Positions 50,417 to 63,060 of a DNA stretch of 64,000 nt are shown here, in pieces; within the stretch, counting starts at the first letter, position 1; every line of letters begins with the position of its first letter. Source of the DNA: Rhizodiscina lignyota (Eukaryota); contig ML978125.1 of NCBI GenBank assembly GCA_010015805.1, positions 1,302,001 to 1,366,000 of the forward strand, in the 5' to 3' direction. The position numbers and the translations under genes are program-made. The notes below the pieces were generated by a model. That model did not search any database, had not been told where the DNA came from, and was given only the letters and a program-made list of their open reading frames with translations.

Positions 50417-52536
50417 CGGGAGCATTGAAGAGGCACAAAAAAAACTGTTCTTCACCCAGCGGCTCAAGGCGTGGCCGTGTGGATCCGCGATAGAAGGAGG
50501 TAGTGAGGATACAGGCATCTGGGAGAGATCCGGTGTTTTGAACGTAGCTTCTGGTCTGTGGACAAGGCCTTCGTCGCGATGAATGAATCTGCAATCTGCG
50601 AGGCCTCAGCTCTCTCCTTCTGTATCAATCCGAAGTTCTCCCTCGTGAGTTTCGCGACTTTCCAGCTGCTCTGTCGTCTCTAAGGTTGAGCACTGTTGGA
50701 ACCCTAGATACACAGAAATCGAAGGCTAGAAACAGGCCTTTTTCGTAAGCAGGCTCGGATAATTCGATATCCTATCGCAACAGCCGTTTTATGGCTATTT
50801 TAGCTCGAAACAGGTATCAGAATTCTCTGACGGGAAGCCTACCGGCCCTTTCTCTTAATACAACCAATCACTTTCCGGGCGGAAACTCTGAGCGGAAACT
50901 GTAGGCGCGTGAGTGGCCTGCCACGACTGAATTGATGTATTTCACTCAAGCTACTTTAATGTCTTGAACCTTCTGACATAACCAGATTCATTGATTTTGC
51001 TCGTGTACTTTGAGTCCCTAAACATCCAATAGTAATTAAACATGTTTATCTCGCTGCGTGGACTCCGCATTTTCCAGCAACTTACATTGACATCCATCAT
51101 CTTTCAGCCACACTCCCACAAAAGTTTGGAGAACAGGTTAAGCTACAATTGCCTGTCCTAAAGCTTCGTAAACAGTTACACCTGGCAGGACGATGATGCC
51201 TTTCTCAGCAAAATACCCAGCTTCCATACCTCGTGCTGTGTGTGGTGCTAGTAGATAACGTCTGCGGGTGGCATTCGTTTTGGCAGCCATGTGGCAAAAA
51301 GGCTGAATCGTGGCTATGATATGTCGCGCCGCGAGGGTGCATATCTTTGTCAATTAATACATATTATACACGCTGAAGCTGCGCATTTTGGATAAATACT
51401 CTCCGCTGTAGATTTAATGGAGCGTTCAGATGCTCTAGCCTCTCATTCGGACGTCCTTTAGACCCATCAAATTTTGATATATAGGAGAACGAATCAGAGT
51501 AAATGATTGTAATCATAAGGTTAGCCATATCAGTCTTGGTTGGCGTACCCTCACCATCCAGTCCGGAAATCGTACAGTCCCAACTACGGGGGTGGCCCGC
51601 ATGACCTGACAAATAAGTGACTTTCAAGAAGTCGTTGAACCAGATGTGAGTCTGTTATATATCGTGGATGAGTGCATCTCTAACATCAAAGAAGGAGGGA
51701 GAGGGTTGTGGTGGTGATAAAGTTTGGCAAAATCTGGGGTAGATCGGATGGCGTACCGAGAAAGGACCGACCGCTCGTTCCTGGGCAACGTTCAAAACCC
51801 TGCCAGTCGATTTCCTGCAAGCGACTCGAGCCAGGACAAGACTTTCTTTCCAATTTGGATGCTGATAGCTAGAGTCTAGCGAAGCACAAAGGCCTGTCCA
51901 CGACTTGTGAGCATTGTTTGGTGTGGATGGTCACCTGGCTGGGGTTGAGATAACCTCTCCGTCGAGGTTCGTAGGAGCTCATGTGAAAGGCAGACGATTG
52001 CCTAACTGACGCGACAGGAGCGGCAGGTAACCTTGATTCACGCGTTTTTATCGTTCCCTACCCTTTACCATCTCGAATCACTACGCACTCTCGAAACGAA
52101 CTATCGTACGTCTCTAAGAGCGTCCACAAGCATACAGACCGCCAACCCCACTACCTAGAACCCTACGGCCCTCTACGATATCCTACGATAATCCTCGCAA
52201 GGTCTTGGATCTTACTGTTCGTATCCAGCAGAGGTAGCCCGGCGGATTGTGAGACGCCTGCCCTCTTGGGCGTGGGAATGACCGGAGGAAGGAACCAGTT
52301 TCCACCCTCCCGTTAGACCCCGCCCATCCAGGGAGTGGGTGATCAGGAAATTCCAGTTTTAGAGCGGATCTCTGCCCTGGGATCCATGCTGTGAAAGAAT
52401 TATCTTGCTGCCTTGTGGACTGGACCGTGCCTGAGCCGGGAAGCAGCGTTACCGTCCACCTTCGAACACCACACAATTTGTTTCTTGCCCTCAAACATCG
52501 AACACACAACTTTCTTGTCGAAAAGCACAATTCGCA

Positions 52537-55500
52537 ATGGACGATGAAGCGACCCAACCATCGACGCAGCAAGTGCTCGATCCGCGTCGGCTCGGACGAA
52601 ACAACTCTGGCCTAAGCGAGAACGACATATCTGATGTTTTGTGCATCCTACACCCAAGCTCGCCCGCTGCATTTCGAGTGGTGCAGCAGACAGCGGAGAA
52701 GAATCCCCAACATGTTCTCCAAAACAGTTCGTTGGGACTATCTGCGGACAACGCGGCCTCGGTCGATATCGAAGAGCAAGAGACTTTCATACTGGCCCCG
52801 AATAATCAAAACCAAGGTCCAGCGATGGATCTCGCATTGCGGTTCTCCTCAAAGAATATTGACCCACTCCTGGGCTTCTGCTTCGGACGCAATCCAAAGC
52901 AGTGCGACATTATCTTTGACATGGATACATCGAAGCGAGTCAGCAACCTGCACTTTCGGATCTATATCAACAGCTCCGGTGTGGTCATGCTCGAGGATAT
53001 ATCTACCAACGGTACGCTGGTTGATAGTTCACACTTGAGGGGTAAGAATGCTCCGAAGAAGGCCACTCGAATGTTGAGCCCTGGGTCCATCATTCAGATA
53101 CTCTCACCAAACCCAGAAGAAGCCCTTAAGTTCATTTTGCGCATTCCCTCAAGAGAAGGGCATATCGAGGAGTACTCGAGAAAATTCCAAGAATACATGG
53201 CACGGATTGCAGTCGCTGAGGAGCACTACCGGGACGTCCATGGGGTCGCAAAGGAAGAAGGAAGGAGAGCAAACGTGCCACATGCTGCTTTGCCTTTCGC
53301 TGGTGCGGCTCCCGCAGGTGGTGGGATACAGGCACCAATCGTGACTTCCAACTACTCTTACGGTATGAAATGGGACGGTGGTACAGAGTATAACGTGACT
53401 GGACTCCTGGGCAAGGGCGCCTTTGCCATGGTCTATCGCTTAGCGACAACTATGGATGGGCAACCACTCGCCGCAAAAGAGCTAGAAAAGAAGCGATTTG
53501 TCAAGAATGGCCAAGTCGACGCAAGACTTGACAATGAGATGCGAATCATGAAGACGTTGCGGCATCCGAACATCGTCGAATATATTGATTACCGGGAAGT
53601 AGCAAATCACTTGTACATCATCATGGAATATGTACCATGTGGTGATTTGCAACGTTATCTTTCCAGGCATGATGTCTTGCCAGAACCATCTGCAAAGTTG
53701 ATGGCAGCTCAAATCCTGGACGCATTAGCATACTTGCATCGCAAGAAGATTACCCATCGCGATATCAAACCCGACAACATCCTCATTGCTTCTGAGGAAC
53801 CTTTCACTGTCAAACTTTCTGACTTTGGGCTCTCAAAGGTGGTGCAGAACAACGAAACCTTCCTCAAAACGTTCTGTGGAACACTCCTGTATTGTGCGCC
53901 AGAAGTGTTTCCCCATTACGACACCAACGCCAATAGCAAGGGAACGAAGCGAAGGCGTACTGGCGCGGCTCCAAAACAATTCCACTCCTACAGCCAATCA
54001 GTGGATATCTGGTCTTTTGCGGCTGTGTTGTGGTTTGCGTTGTCGGGCAACCCACCGTTCGAAGGCGTTGTAGATAATACAGGAAAGGGCATGTTTGATA
54101 GGATCATGGCTACGCGACTAGATGCTTCACCGCTGCTGTCGCAGCGCATCTCTCCACAAGCGGTTGATTTGCTGTTGAAGATGTTGAATACGGATCCTGC
54201 GCAGCGGCCGTCAGAGAAGGAATGTTTGGAGCATCCATGGCTGGCAGGCATTGCGTTATCCCAGGATATTTACGATGACGATGATCTGGCTTCGATTGCC
54301 GAAGAAGAGGAAGGCGCGACCGGCTCGGGCGAAGACCAGGCAGAAGCGCAACTTTCGCAACTCAGTATCAACGGGGAAGACAACGACGACAACGAAGACG
54401 CTGATGAAGAGAACGAGGACACACCGGCGGACTACCTTCACCCTCGCCAATCCAAGAGAGTCCGCGCGGATCGCCTTGTGCCTCGAAACCAACTTCGAGA
54501 CCAACTCGAGTTTGACTCGAGCCCCGAGATTTCGTTCCAAACCTCTCTAGTGCAAGATCAGTCAGGCAATTTCGCTGCTGTTGTGCAACAGCCATCCCGG
54601 AATCCAAGGCTGTTTGGAGAGATTGGACAATCTGCTCTGCGAAGCTCGGGTCTGCTAGGTGAGCACACTACAGCGGCTCTTGAAATGCCTCAACACGACG
54701 GTTCAACATCACTCGACACGAACGGCGTTGGGAACGAGGCAACTGCAGCAAATCGCAGTCTTCATTCCTCTTTTCCCGGTCCGAATGGATCGGGGTCTCA
54801 AATCGAAAAGTTGCCTGCTCATAGTCCACAAGCGGCAGCCAGCTTGCTTGGAGCAGAGTCTTTGATGCGTGATATTAACATGGTGGACTCACCAGGGTCT
54901 GCAAACTCTCTATCGAATGAGCCGCGAACACCGAAGACGCCGGATTTCAGCCAGTTCTCCGCACCCCTTAGCTCCGAAGAGCCTACACCGAAGCCTCCTA
55001 CGGTAACCAGCTTCAGCAGGCAGATCAATCTTCCAATACCTCCATCATTCCTCTTCAACCCCGAGAGCCCAAACTCGAGTCCTATCGGGAACTCGAAGAT
55101 TGACACTATGGATAAGCCGGCAGCCGATGCGCCTGATAAGACCCTCCTTGGCGAAGCAGCTCTCGCTGCTAGACTACCTGATACAATGCATCATTCCCTT
55201 GATGGCTCGGTGGCAGATGATGCCAATGATGAGGAACGAACATCTGCTGGTGCCGAGGACGAATCGAATGCGACGCCAACAACGACAGCAGCAGAAAGCA
55301 ACACGGATTCACAATTTCGTCGACCAGCAACTCGTCTTGGTAAACTCTCCTCGACAACTTCCTCTCGCGGCATTCCACAATTGCCTATCATCCTACGTCT
55401 GGAAAATCGGATCACTATGTGGGGACGCGACCCATCGAACACTGTCGTCTTTCCAGACCCGAAGAACGTTCATATTCCGAAGCGAGGCATTGTGATCTAT

Positions 55501-55800
55501 TTCCATGCCCTTGGCATTGAGAAAGCAGAAGAGGAAGGGCGGGATTGGACGAAGTTGGAGGGTCTCCATACCGTCATCACAACAGGGAGCAAAGTGGGCA
55601 TCTGGATCAATGGCGTGAAGCTGAGATACGAGGAGGGCGGCAGCACGAACTACGGCAGATTGTACACTGGCGACATCATCACGGTTTGCAAGAATCCATT
55701 GGAGGGAGGCGCGACGCTTGAGTTCGTCTGCGAATTCTATCACGGCGAGGCAGCTAACAAGAGGCCGGAAGGCGAGACGTTCGAAGTTCTGAAGTCTTGA
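52537..55800 (+). CDS. Rad53/Cds1/Chk2-type checkpoint kinase (TQ cluster, FHA, kinase, C-terminal FHA-like)
   Basis: N-terminal ATQPSTQ; FHA motifs FGR, VSNLHF and STNGT; kinase motifs GKGAFAMV, AAK, HRDIKPDN, DFG and CGTLLYCAPE; second WGR...NG FHA-like domain. Confidence 0.9.
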   Translation: MDDEATQPSTQQVLDPRRLGRNNSGLSENDISDVLCILHPSSPAAFRVVQQTAEKNPQHVLQNSSLGLSADNAASVDIEEQETFILAPNNQNQGPAMDLALRFSSKNIDPLLGFCFGRNPKQCDIIFDMDTSKRVSNLHFRIYINSSGVVMLEDISTNGTLVDSSHLRGKNAPKKATRMLSPGSIIQILSPNPEEALKFILRIPSREGHIEEYSRKFQEYMARIAVAEEHYRDVHGVAKEEGRRANVPHAALPFAGAAPAGGGIQAPIVTSNYSYGMKWDGGTEYNVTGLLGKGAFAMVYRLATTMDGQPLAAKELEKKRFVKNGQVDARLDNEMRIMKTLRHPNIVEYIDYREVANHLYIIMEYVPCGDLQRYLSRHDVLPEPSAKLMAAQILDALAYLHRKKITHRDIKPDNILIASEEPFTVKLSDFGLSKVVQNNETFLKTFCGTLLYCAPEVFPHYDTNANSKGTKRRRTGAAPKQFHSYSQSVDIWSFAAVLWFALSGNPPFEGVVDNTGKGMFDRIMATRLDASPLLSQRISPQAVDLLLKMLNTDPAQRPSEKECLEHPWLAGIALSQDIYDDDDLASIAEEEEGATGSGEDQAEAQLSQLSINGEDNDDNEDADEENEDTPADYLHPRQSKRVRADRLVPRNQLRDQLEFDSSPEISFQTSLVQDQSGNFAAVVQQPSRNPRLFGEIGQSALRSSGLLGEHTTAALEMPQHDGSTSLDTNGVGNEATAANRSLHSSFPGPNGSGSQIEKLPAHSPQAAASLLGAESLMRDINMVDSPGSANSLSNEPRTPKTPDFSQFSAPLSSEEPTPKPPTVTSFSRQINLPIPPSFLFNPESPNSSPIGNSKIDTMDKPAADAPDKTLLGEAALAARLPDTMHHSLDGSVADDANDEERTSAGAEDESNATPTTTAAESNTDSQFRRPATRLGKLSSTTSSRGIPQLPIILRLENRITMWGRDPSNTVVFPDPKNVHIPKRGIVIYFHALGIEKAEEEGRDWTKLEGLHTVITTGSKVGIWINGVKLRYEEGGSTNYGRLYTGDIITVCKNPLEGGATLEFVCEFYHGEAANKRPEGETFEVLKS

Positions 55801-56208
55801 CTTTAACTTTTTCACGAACAATTGGTGCGGTTTCATTTGACTTTTCTTTTAAGCATCGGCGCCGGCGGTTCTTTGATTGAAAGTGGCGGGAAAAGCTGAT
55901 CGACGTTACTAGATTGCTACGAAACAAAGGAACCAGGCCTGGCTCATAGTATCATACCTGTAGATATCCAAACTTAATCAAAATCAATGCAGAATTAAAC
56001 AAAAACCCGCCGTTGCAATATCTTGCCTAGCAGCATAATGTAACGCAATTTTAAGTACCAGGCTGACAGAAATGCTTACCCCTAACTGAAAGAGCAAGCA
56101 ATGCATCATATATATCAAAATAAGAAAGAGCAACTGATGCGATAGACTATCTGCCATCTTGCTTCCTTTGTCTGCCTCATTAAAGATAACGTTGCCTTGG
56201 GACTTCCT

Positions 56209-58038
56209 TCATCTTGTGTGCCTAGCTCCCTTGGAGGATGTCTGCTTTGGCACATTTGCACAACTTTCCTCCGCCGGCGCTTTGCTGCTATTCCTCGTAC
56301 TCCGCCGCACATGTGGTTTCTTCGCCTGCCATTCGGTGTTTTCTACCTCTTCTTCATCAGTCATTTTCCGTTTCGCAGCTTGTGTGGGCGGAGGCGTTGG
56401 AGGATCGTCGGCTTGGGTTACTTTGTGCTCAGGAGATTCGACAGGATAGCGGATGGATGCAATGAGTTGTTCCCCGACCACCATGAATGGATCTTCAATA
56501 ACTTGAATCTTTGGCTTTTGGACAGGCTGTTTTTTTAGAACGTTTTGCTGGTGGCCGGCTGTTTGAACTTGCCCAGCGATGCGTGCGCTCCTACGCGTAG
56601 GAGACCGGGAAGCTTCGTCGATGGGGTCACGTCTCTGTTCGTCTCGATCACAGGTCCTTGGGTCCTCGTACACAACGACAGAGTTTCGGAATCGCTCTGT
56701 ATCTCCCTCGGTCTGTGCCGAGCTCAAGAGAAAATCGCGCCAGTGTTCCAGAATAGCATCGTGTATGAGGAATGTAATAGTAGGTGCAGGCCCAAAGATT
56801 CGTCCTTTAATCAGGTTATGGAGCTCTTGGTCACCTACGCGACCCTGCCGTTTGATGTCGAACGAGGAATCGTCCTCTGCTTGAAGCTCAACATATTTTA
56901 GGAAGCGTTGCCCCCAATGAAACTCTGCTGCTGGAACTGTTGACGAAGATGGTTGAGGTGAGTGTCTTGGGCTTGAAAGAGGAAGGATCGGTTGTGCTTC
57001 GCCTCTACGGACTTCGGTGTCTCCATGGCTCGTTCCAGGGGTGATTGGGCGTACGCAATTGGTGTCGTGGGACTCATTTCGCGGTTGTCCAGCGGTTATG
57101 ATTCTATTCGTCTCAAGTTGTTCCTGGATCTGCTGCAATTTCTGTCGCTCCAGGCAGTCAACTCGGATTGTGGCAGGTGTTGGGGGCCGCTCCTCATGAT
57201 CCTCGTGCATCCATGTACGCCCTGGAAAGTTGACCCACTTGGGGTTCCAGATTTCCCTCTCTACCCAGGATTGCTTCACAGCAGTGAAGGCAGCTATGAC
57301 TAGGTCTTCAGTATTCCGTGGCATTGACCAGAATTCTCGCTTATTCTGTATCCAGTCCATCTCAATGGAAGCTTGGAACATGAATTGACGATCAGGACGA
57401 GATGCCGAAACGTCGGTAAGCCAAGGATAGCCCTCAGATATGGATCGGGCCTGCAGTTTTTCGTAGCGGTCCAACATGGGGTGCTCAACGTCATCGGCTT
57501 CATGAGCCCAATGGCCATGGACAGACATTCCGCCATCGAGATAACCCCATTTCTGGCCAGTCTCAGGGTCCGTCTCAGTTCTTGCACTCCAAGCACGACC
57601 CCATCCCGATTTCCAGATTCCTTGTTGAATCCAACGATTGCGTACGTTGTTCTGTGCGTTCAAAAACCAGTCGAGACTCTGATCGAGCGGAAGAGTATGT
57701 TGACGTCCGTCTTGCCAGAGTGTATCTTGATGATGGATGCGCAGGATTTCCATGTCAACCTGAGAAATGAATTGACTGGCTGGCATGGATGCGTTCAGGC
57801 GCTTCCATTTCCACTCGTAGATATCTGACTTGTTGAGCTCATCCCATGAAGGGCTCGGCAGCGAGAGAGGCGAGACAGAGATACCAGAATCATATATAAT
57901 ACGCAATGGCGGATCTCGTTGAAAGCGTTTTTCGGTCACCGCCTCCCATCGCTCGGGGGGGTACTTCTCCAGGCGGCGGATGGTGTACTGAATAATTTCC
58001 AATGACTCCCCACTTGATTCGCCTTCGAAGTAGGGCAT
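56209..58038 (-). CDS. Hypothetical Trp-rich protein
   Basis: 609-aa ORF with a duplicated motif (VRNRWIQQGIWKSGW / VKQSWVEREIWNPKW, each later followed by WxHE) and a disordered basic C-terminus. Confidence 0.65.
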   Translation of the reverse strand: MPYFEGESSGESLEIIQYTIRRLEKYPPERWEAVTEKRFQRDPPLRIIYDSGISVSPLSLPSPSWDELNKSDIYEWKWKRLNASMPASQFISQVDMEILRIHHQDTLWQDGRQHTLPLDQSLDWFLNAQNNVRNRWIQQGIWKSGWGRAWSARTETDPETGQKWGYLDGGMSVHGHWAHEADDVEHPMLDRYEKLQARSISEGYPWLTDVSASRPDRQFMFQASIEMDWIQNKREFWSMPRNTEDLVIAAFTAVKQSWVEREIWNPKWVNFPGRTWMHEDHEERPPTPATIRVDCLERQKLQQIQEQLETNRIITAGQPRNESHDTNCVRPITPGTSHGDTEVRRGEAQPILPLSSPRHSPQPSSSTVPAAEFHWGQRFLKYVELQAEDDSSFDIKRQGRVGDQELHNLIKGRIFGPAPTITFLIHDAILEHWRDFLLSSAQTEGDTERFRNSVVVYEDPRTCDRDEQRRDPIDEASRSPTRRSARIAGQVQTAGHQQNVLKKQPVQKPKIQVIEDPFMVVGEQLIASIRYPVESPEHKVTQADDPPTPPPTQAAKRKMTDEEEVENTEWQAKKPHVRRSTRNSSKAPAEESCANVPKQTSSKGARHTR

Positions 58039-59183
58039 TTTTGTGTTGTAGCAGGGGCCAAGAGCACAGGGAAGACGAAACGATCGGATCGATACAAGAA
58101 CAGAATCTCACGAAATATCTGAGAAATTTTGACTCAAAGAATTGTCAATGTTGACTGATTTCAACGAATGTAGGCATGTAGAACGACGACGACTTGTCTA
58201 GGGATACAACAATTTCGAAGTAGACTCTCGTCCGCACATATTCAGCTCTTTAATCGGTACACAAGCCCATAAGCGCCTGACGAAGTTCTCTACATCATGA
58301 CTCTGGTTGGTACTACCTACCTTGTTGCTGGCGTCCTAGACGACGTGTATGGAATGACTGCGGTGTGGTTGTCAACTTGAGGAGATGGCGATCTGAACAT
58401 TCTTTGTTGAGACAAAACAGGAGGTCAGAAGGGCGCTAATCCGCTTTCGGGATAGGATAGGCGTTTGTCGTGTTCTTCACCAACGCCACCGCTACGCTCT
58501 ACTACCTTAGCTGTCCTACCCACACTTCCTCATTGACCTCTCGGAATCCGATTCTAGTACAGTCCATGATAGATTTCATGGTGTTTGTCTTAAATCTGGT
58601 GTCTAGCTGTCGAGAATTTGACATTCCATAGGCTCCGTGTGGTTGGAGCTATCGTATCCGCCACGCCCTTCCTCAATTTCAACCCTAGCTATCGAAAAAA
58701 TTTGCTTACGCGTCACGAGCTAGTCCTTTGATTCTCAACTTTCTGGGGATTATCTTGCATATAACGCCCATTTCGTTGCCCCGTGAACCAGCAAAGGACG
58801 AATAATATTTCATGCTAAACCAGCTTTTCAATTCCTTTTCATATGATCCGATTCAGATATACACCTCCCAGATGGCACTAACGCCTCTTCAGTCGACAGT
58901 GCAGATTCCACCAGACATGCGGAAAAGTGAGGCTTCCACTCGAACATGTCGTCTAGCAGTACGGGTTTTCCCAAAAAAAAAAAATATGGAGAAAGAGCCC
59001 TAATCTCATGCTATTCGTAGAATATCGTTTTGTGGCGTATTTGCCTCAAAGCGTCTGCATCATTTTTCTACTTATATACTACGAATCGGATGAATAGAAC
59101 AGTTCAGATACCTCCACCCCTCTCAATTTCTCTTTAGCATTTCTTTACGTGCGTCCCTTCGTCATCCTCGCTCCGCAACCTCA

Positions 59184-59702
59184 ATGATGCCTCGTAACTA
59201 TATTCCCTCTGACGCTCTATTCACACTCGTTGCTGGCAGCGATCGTGTCAGAGGCGTCGATGCCAGTTACATCTAGTACCATTTTGAAATTCACAACGTC
59301 TCCGACGAAATCATACTCGGAGTTGATCATCATTCGGGGCCATCCAGACGTACGCCGATAACGCTCAACGACTCGACCATAAACGTACTACTGCTCCCGC
59401 CGCGTTGTTGTCCGAAGGAAGTTTTTGGCTTCGGCAGAGTCACCAAACGCCTCATGTTCAAGATTTATTGGTTCAAGCCGAGCCCTGAACTTGGTACCCT
59501 CTTCGAGTATCGACCGGACGATGATCCATACCATGCTATTACCATCGACCCTCTTGACCAACAGAAACTTCACTTCCTACAAAGCGGGTGCTCAGAATCT
59601 ATGCCCCGGTTCCGGATATACACACATAGCGATTCCTAACTCGACGGGAGCTCGGGCACGGTACATTTGGGCGCACGGAGGCGCCGCCGCACATCGCCCT
59701 GA
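59184..59702 (+). pseudogene. Possible decayed gene remnant
   Basis: One frame from ATG 59184 reads as protein-like through TAG 59274 and TAA 59637. It ends with LDGSSGTVH, which resembles a kinase Gly-rich loop. Confidence 0.3.
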
Positions 59703-60467
59703 AATCGTGTTAGAATATCGCGCCAAGTCGCCGAGGGGCCTACCCGAGTTATAAATGAGAGTAAGATGCGAGAGAGTGGTGTCGAGCAAGTAACCGCTTG
59801 CAACCATATCGGCATCGGTGTGTTTCTTAGGGGACAGGTATTGGCATGTTTGTTTTTTGCAACTTCCCGTATTGACGGAGTATATTTTGTACAATAATGC
59901 CGTCTTTGGTGTTCTATTTTAGGTTGTAATCCTTTCTCGTCTTTCTATACGGCTTTAAGAGGACCAAGTCGTTCAGGGCCATAGACATTCAAGCTGCTGG
60001 TTGTGCTGCTTCTATCGTGTTGTGTTCTTGGATTATCAACCATTAGCCCTGAAATCGCTAATTTTGTCTATGAGAATACTTAATTTTGATTAGAAATACT
60101 GCTTTACATGAACTTCCAAGATAAATTGTTATGATTCCATTATATATGTTGCTCTGGGGCCTACACGGAGACACGCAATCAACGTCGCTCATGCGGGGCA
60201 CGTGGAGGTTGCGTCCGCGAACGACGGGATGCAGCTCGCGCAGCATTTCTCAGCCAACAGAACGCGTTTATTTCGCGCATTTCGTGATGACCAGCAGGGA
60301 ATCGATTGTGTCCAAGCAGGCTAACTTCTGACGATAGATCGTGCACAGCCCTATACATCACCTCGCAGTTACTGACCACGTCCAACCTCCTCTCCAGGGC
60401 ACTCACTTCTTATGACTTGAGGGTATTATGATGAGCCTTCTATCAGCATAAATCTAACCCTACTAGA

Positions 60468-63060
60468 GATACGTCGAGTTTCCTCCGCAGAAGGAGCAAG
60501 TTCAGACGAAGATCTCAGCCGTCATGTTCGTTACCTTATGTGGCTGAATCTCGCATATAAATCACGTCTAACCTCTGCTCTACACAGGAACGTCCATTCA
60601 GAGACGCATGAGCAGCGTGAATATGAACAGCATGTTCTAAATCAAAATTTCGCAGATGTAAATCCACAAGAAGAGTTGGCAAGCGACCAAGCGTCGGTAA
60701 GCTCTGAGACATCGTCGAAGAAGTCGAAAAGTGGAGTCTCCGGCTTCTTCAAGAACTATGTGAAGCCGATTTACGATGATGCCAGAACCGATTTTTCGAT
60801 CGTAAAAGCGGCTCTGTCGGTGGAAAACAATATCACGAAGGATCTCCGCGATCCGCAGCGTTTTCCGGAGGTAGCACATGTTGCAGAGGTGCGCCGCGGA
60901 GCGGATCTGTCCACCAGCGAGAAGGCTTTCATCTATGACCGGAAGATACACACTCGGGATGCCTTTGCCAGATATATTGGTCTCGACCCAAGCCGAGTCC
61001 ATCCTGAGGATGTGCCCACCGTTGCATTCGGGGGTAGTGGGGGCGGTTTCAGAGCCATGATCGCTTGTATGGGCTATTGCGAAGAACTCAAACAAGCTGG
61101 AATGTGGGATCTTTTAACGTATGTGTCCGGAGTCTCCGGATCTTGCTGGGCTCTAGCATCGTACTATACGTTTGGCGAGGCGAATATGACCAAAGTGATC
61201 GATCACTGCAAGAAACGCCTTTCGCCTTACCATCCTCTATCTCCGGATGCCGTCCGGACGTTGCTTAAGCAGAAACCGTATGAAACACTGGGGCCAATCA
61301 TGGCAAAGCGCCATAGTGGACTGCATACGGTTGCGATGGACTTGTATTCGGTATTCACAACAGGATACGTGTTCATGGTAGACGATCCATCCACGCAGCC
61401 GGGCATGATACCGCAGACTCCGCAAAAGGAAGTGGCTGGATACCATTCGCAGTGGTACAAATGGTCTAATGCGCTCAAATATCTGAATGGCGGAGCGGAA
61501 CCAATGCCTATTCTTACCGCCATCAGGCACGAGCGTCCTTGGAAGGACTGGGCCGATCCGGAGCACGCTTTTAAAGAGGATGATCCGACAAAGAAGGAAC
61601 ACGCCGAAGCATCAGATGCATGGTTTCAGTGGTTCGAACTGACACCCCTCGAAGTGGGATGCGATGAACTGGCATGCTGGGTGCCGACTTGGGGTTTTGG
61701 ACGACCATTTGAAGGAGGCAGGTCTACGATGCAGCTTCCCGAACAGTCACTGGCCCTCGTTCTTGGTCTATGTACAGCTGCTCCGGCGGGGCCAATGACG
61801 AGCTACTTGGCAACAATCAAGAGGGCATTACCGACTGGTATCATCGGCGATAGTGTCAATTCCATCTCACATGGGATCTCGAAGATGTGGGGAAAGCAAG
61901 GGAAAGAAGTATTCCAGCAACACCATCCGCTGCATGCCAGCAATGAGCACAACTATATGTATCATTTGACACCAGTTGCTCCTGGCCAGGGACGCCCTCC
62001 TGGTATTGAAAACTCGCCACGTCTGCATCTAATCGACAGCGGAATGGACAACAATTGCCCTACTTACGTACTTCTTCACCCGAACCGAGAGGTCGATGTG
62101 ATCCTCAATATGGACGCCTCCAGTGATGTTCAGAAGGATACCTTCCAAGAGCGTGTAGACCAGATTGGCAGTCGGCGTGGGCTGAAATTCACCAAGCGGC
62201 ACGACATCAAACCCGATCCGGATAAGAAGAACCCAGATCGGTTCCAAGGACTGTATGCTCAGATATATGATGGAATCCTCATCGAGCGTCCCCCGACGGT
62301 CACCGACTCATACGGCCACGCCGTTACTAATCCACCAGCGCCAGTCTGCCACCAAGAATGTACAATGGTGTATATGCCTTTGCTTCCCAATGAAAGGGCT
62401 GTGCCAGACTTTGATCCTTCAACTGCAAAGTTTTCTGGTTCGTACAACCTTGTCTGGACCGCGGAGCAAGTCGACATGCTGGTGAAGGTATGCAAACAGA
62501 ACTTTCATGACGGCCATGAAGCGATCCAAACTGCTTTGATGGATGCGTATCTGCGAAAGAAAGCCAAGCGAGAAGGCACTTGGGACCCCAAAACCTACCA
62601 GCCCGGTTCTCGACCGTTGGATCTTGGATACCAGGGTCAAGCGCATGCTCAGCAGGAGGCACATTCAGCTCAGGTCCAGCAGCAGTATGAGGCGCAACAG
62701 CCAATCCAGACATCAACTTATTATGCCCAACAAGTTGCCTTTGAACAACATAGTGGCACTGAGCCGAAGCCAGAGCAGCAACAGCCTCCATATAATCCGC
62801 AGACCTCCTTCCCTCCGCCGCCTCCTGGGCCGCCGCCAGCACAGCAACAACAATCTCCGTATCCATCGCAGGCTTCGTTTCCACCACCTCCGCCTGGGCC
62901 ACCACCAGCACAACAGCAGGAAACATCGTATCAGCCGTACTCCGAGTACCAACCGCAACAGGATGAAGCTGCACACCAGCCACACTCCGACTACCAGGCG
63001 CACCAGAACCAGATGTCATATTCATCGCAGACTGAATTTCCGCCGCCGCCGAAGCAATAA
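60468..63060 (+). CDS. Cytosolic phospholipase A2 / lysophospholipase family; start uncertain
   Basis: GGSGGGFRAM, catalytic GVSGS, WFQWFELTP and LIDSG; Pro/Gln-rich tail. An intron at about 60527-60587 splits an AT|G codon. Confidence 0.88.

Noticed and set aside
51138..51700. Short minus-strand ORFs that might be a gene relic
   Set aside because: Interrupted by stops, with no recognisable motif or convincing splice pattern.
16239..55800. MRC1 and a Rad53/Chk2-type kinase in the same window
   Set aside because: They are 32 kb apart with many unrelated genes between; there is no evidence of functional clustering.
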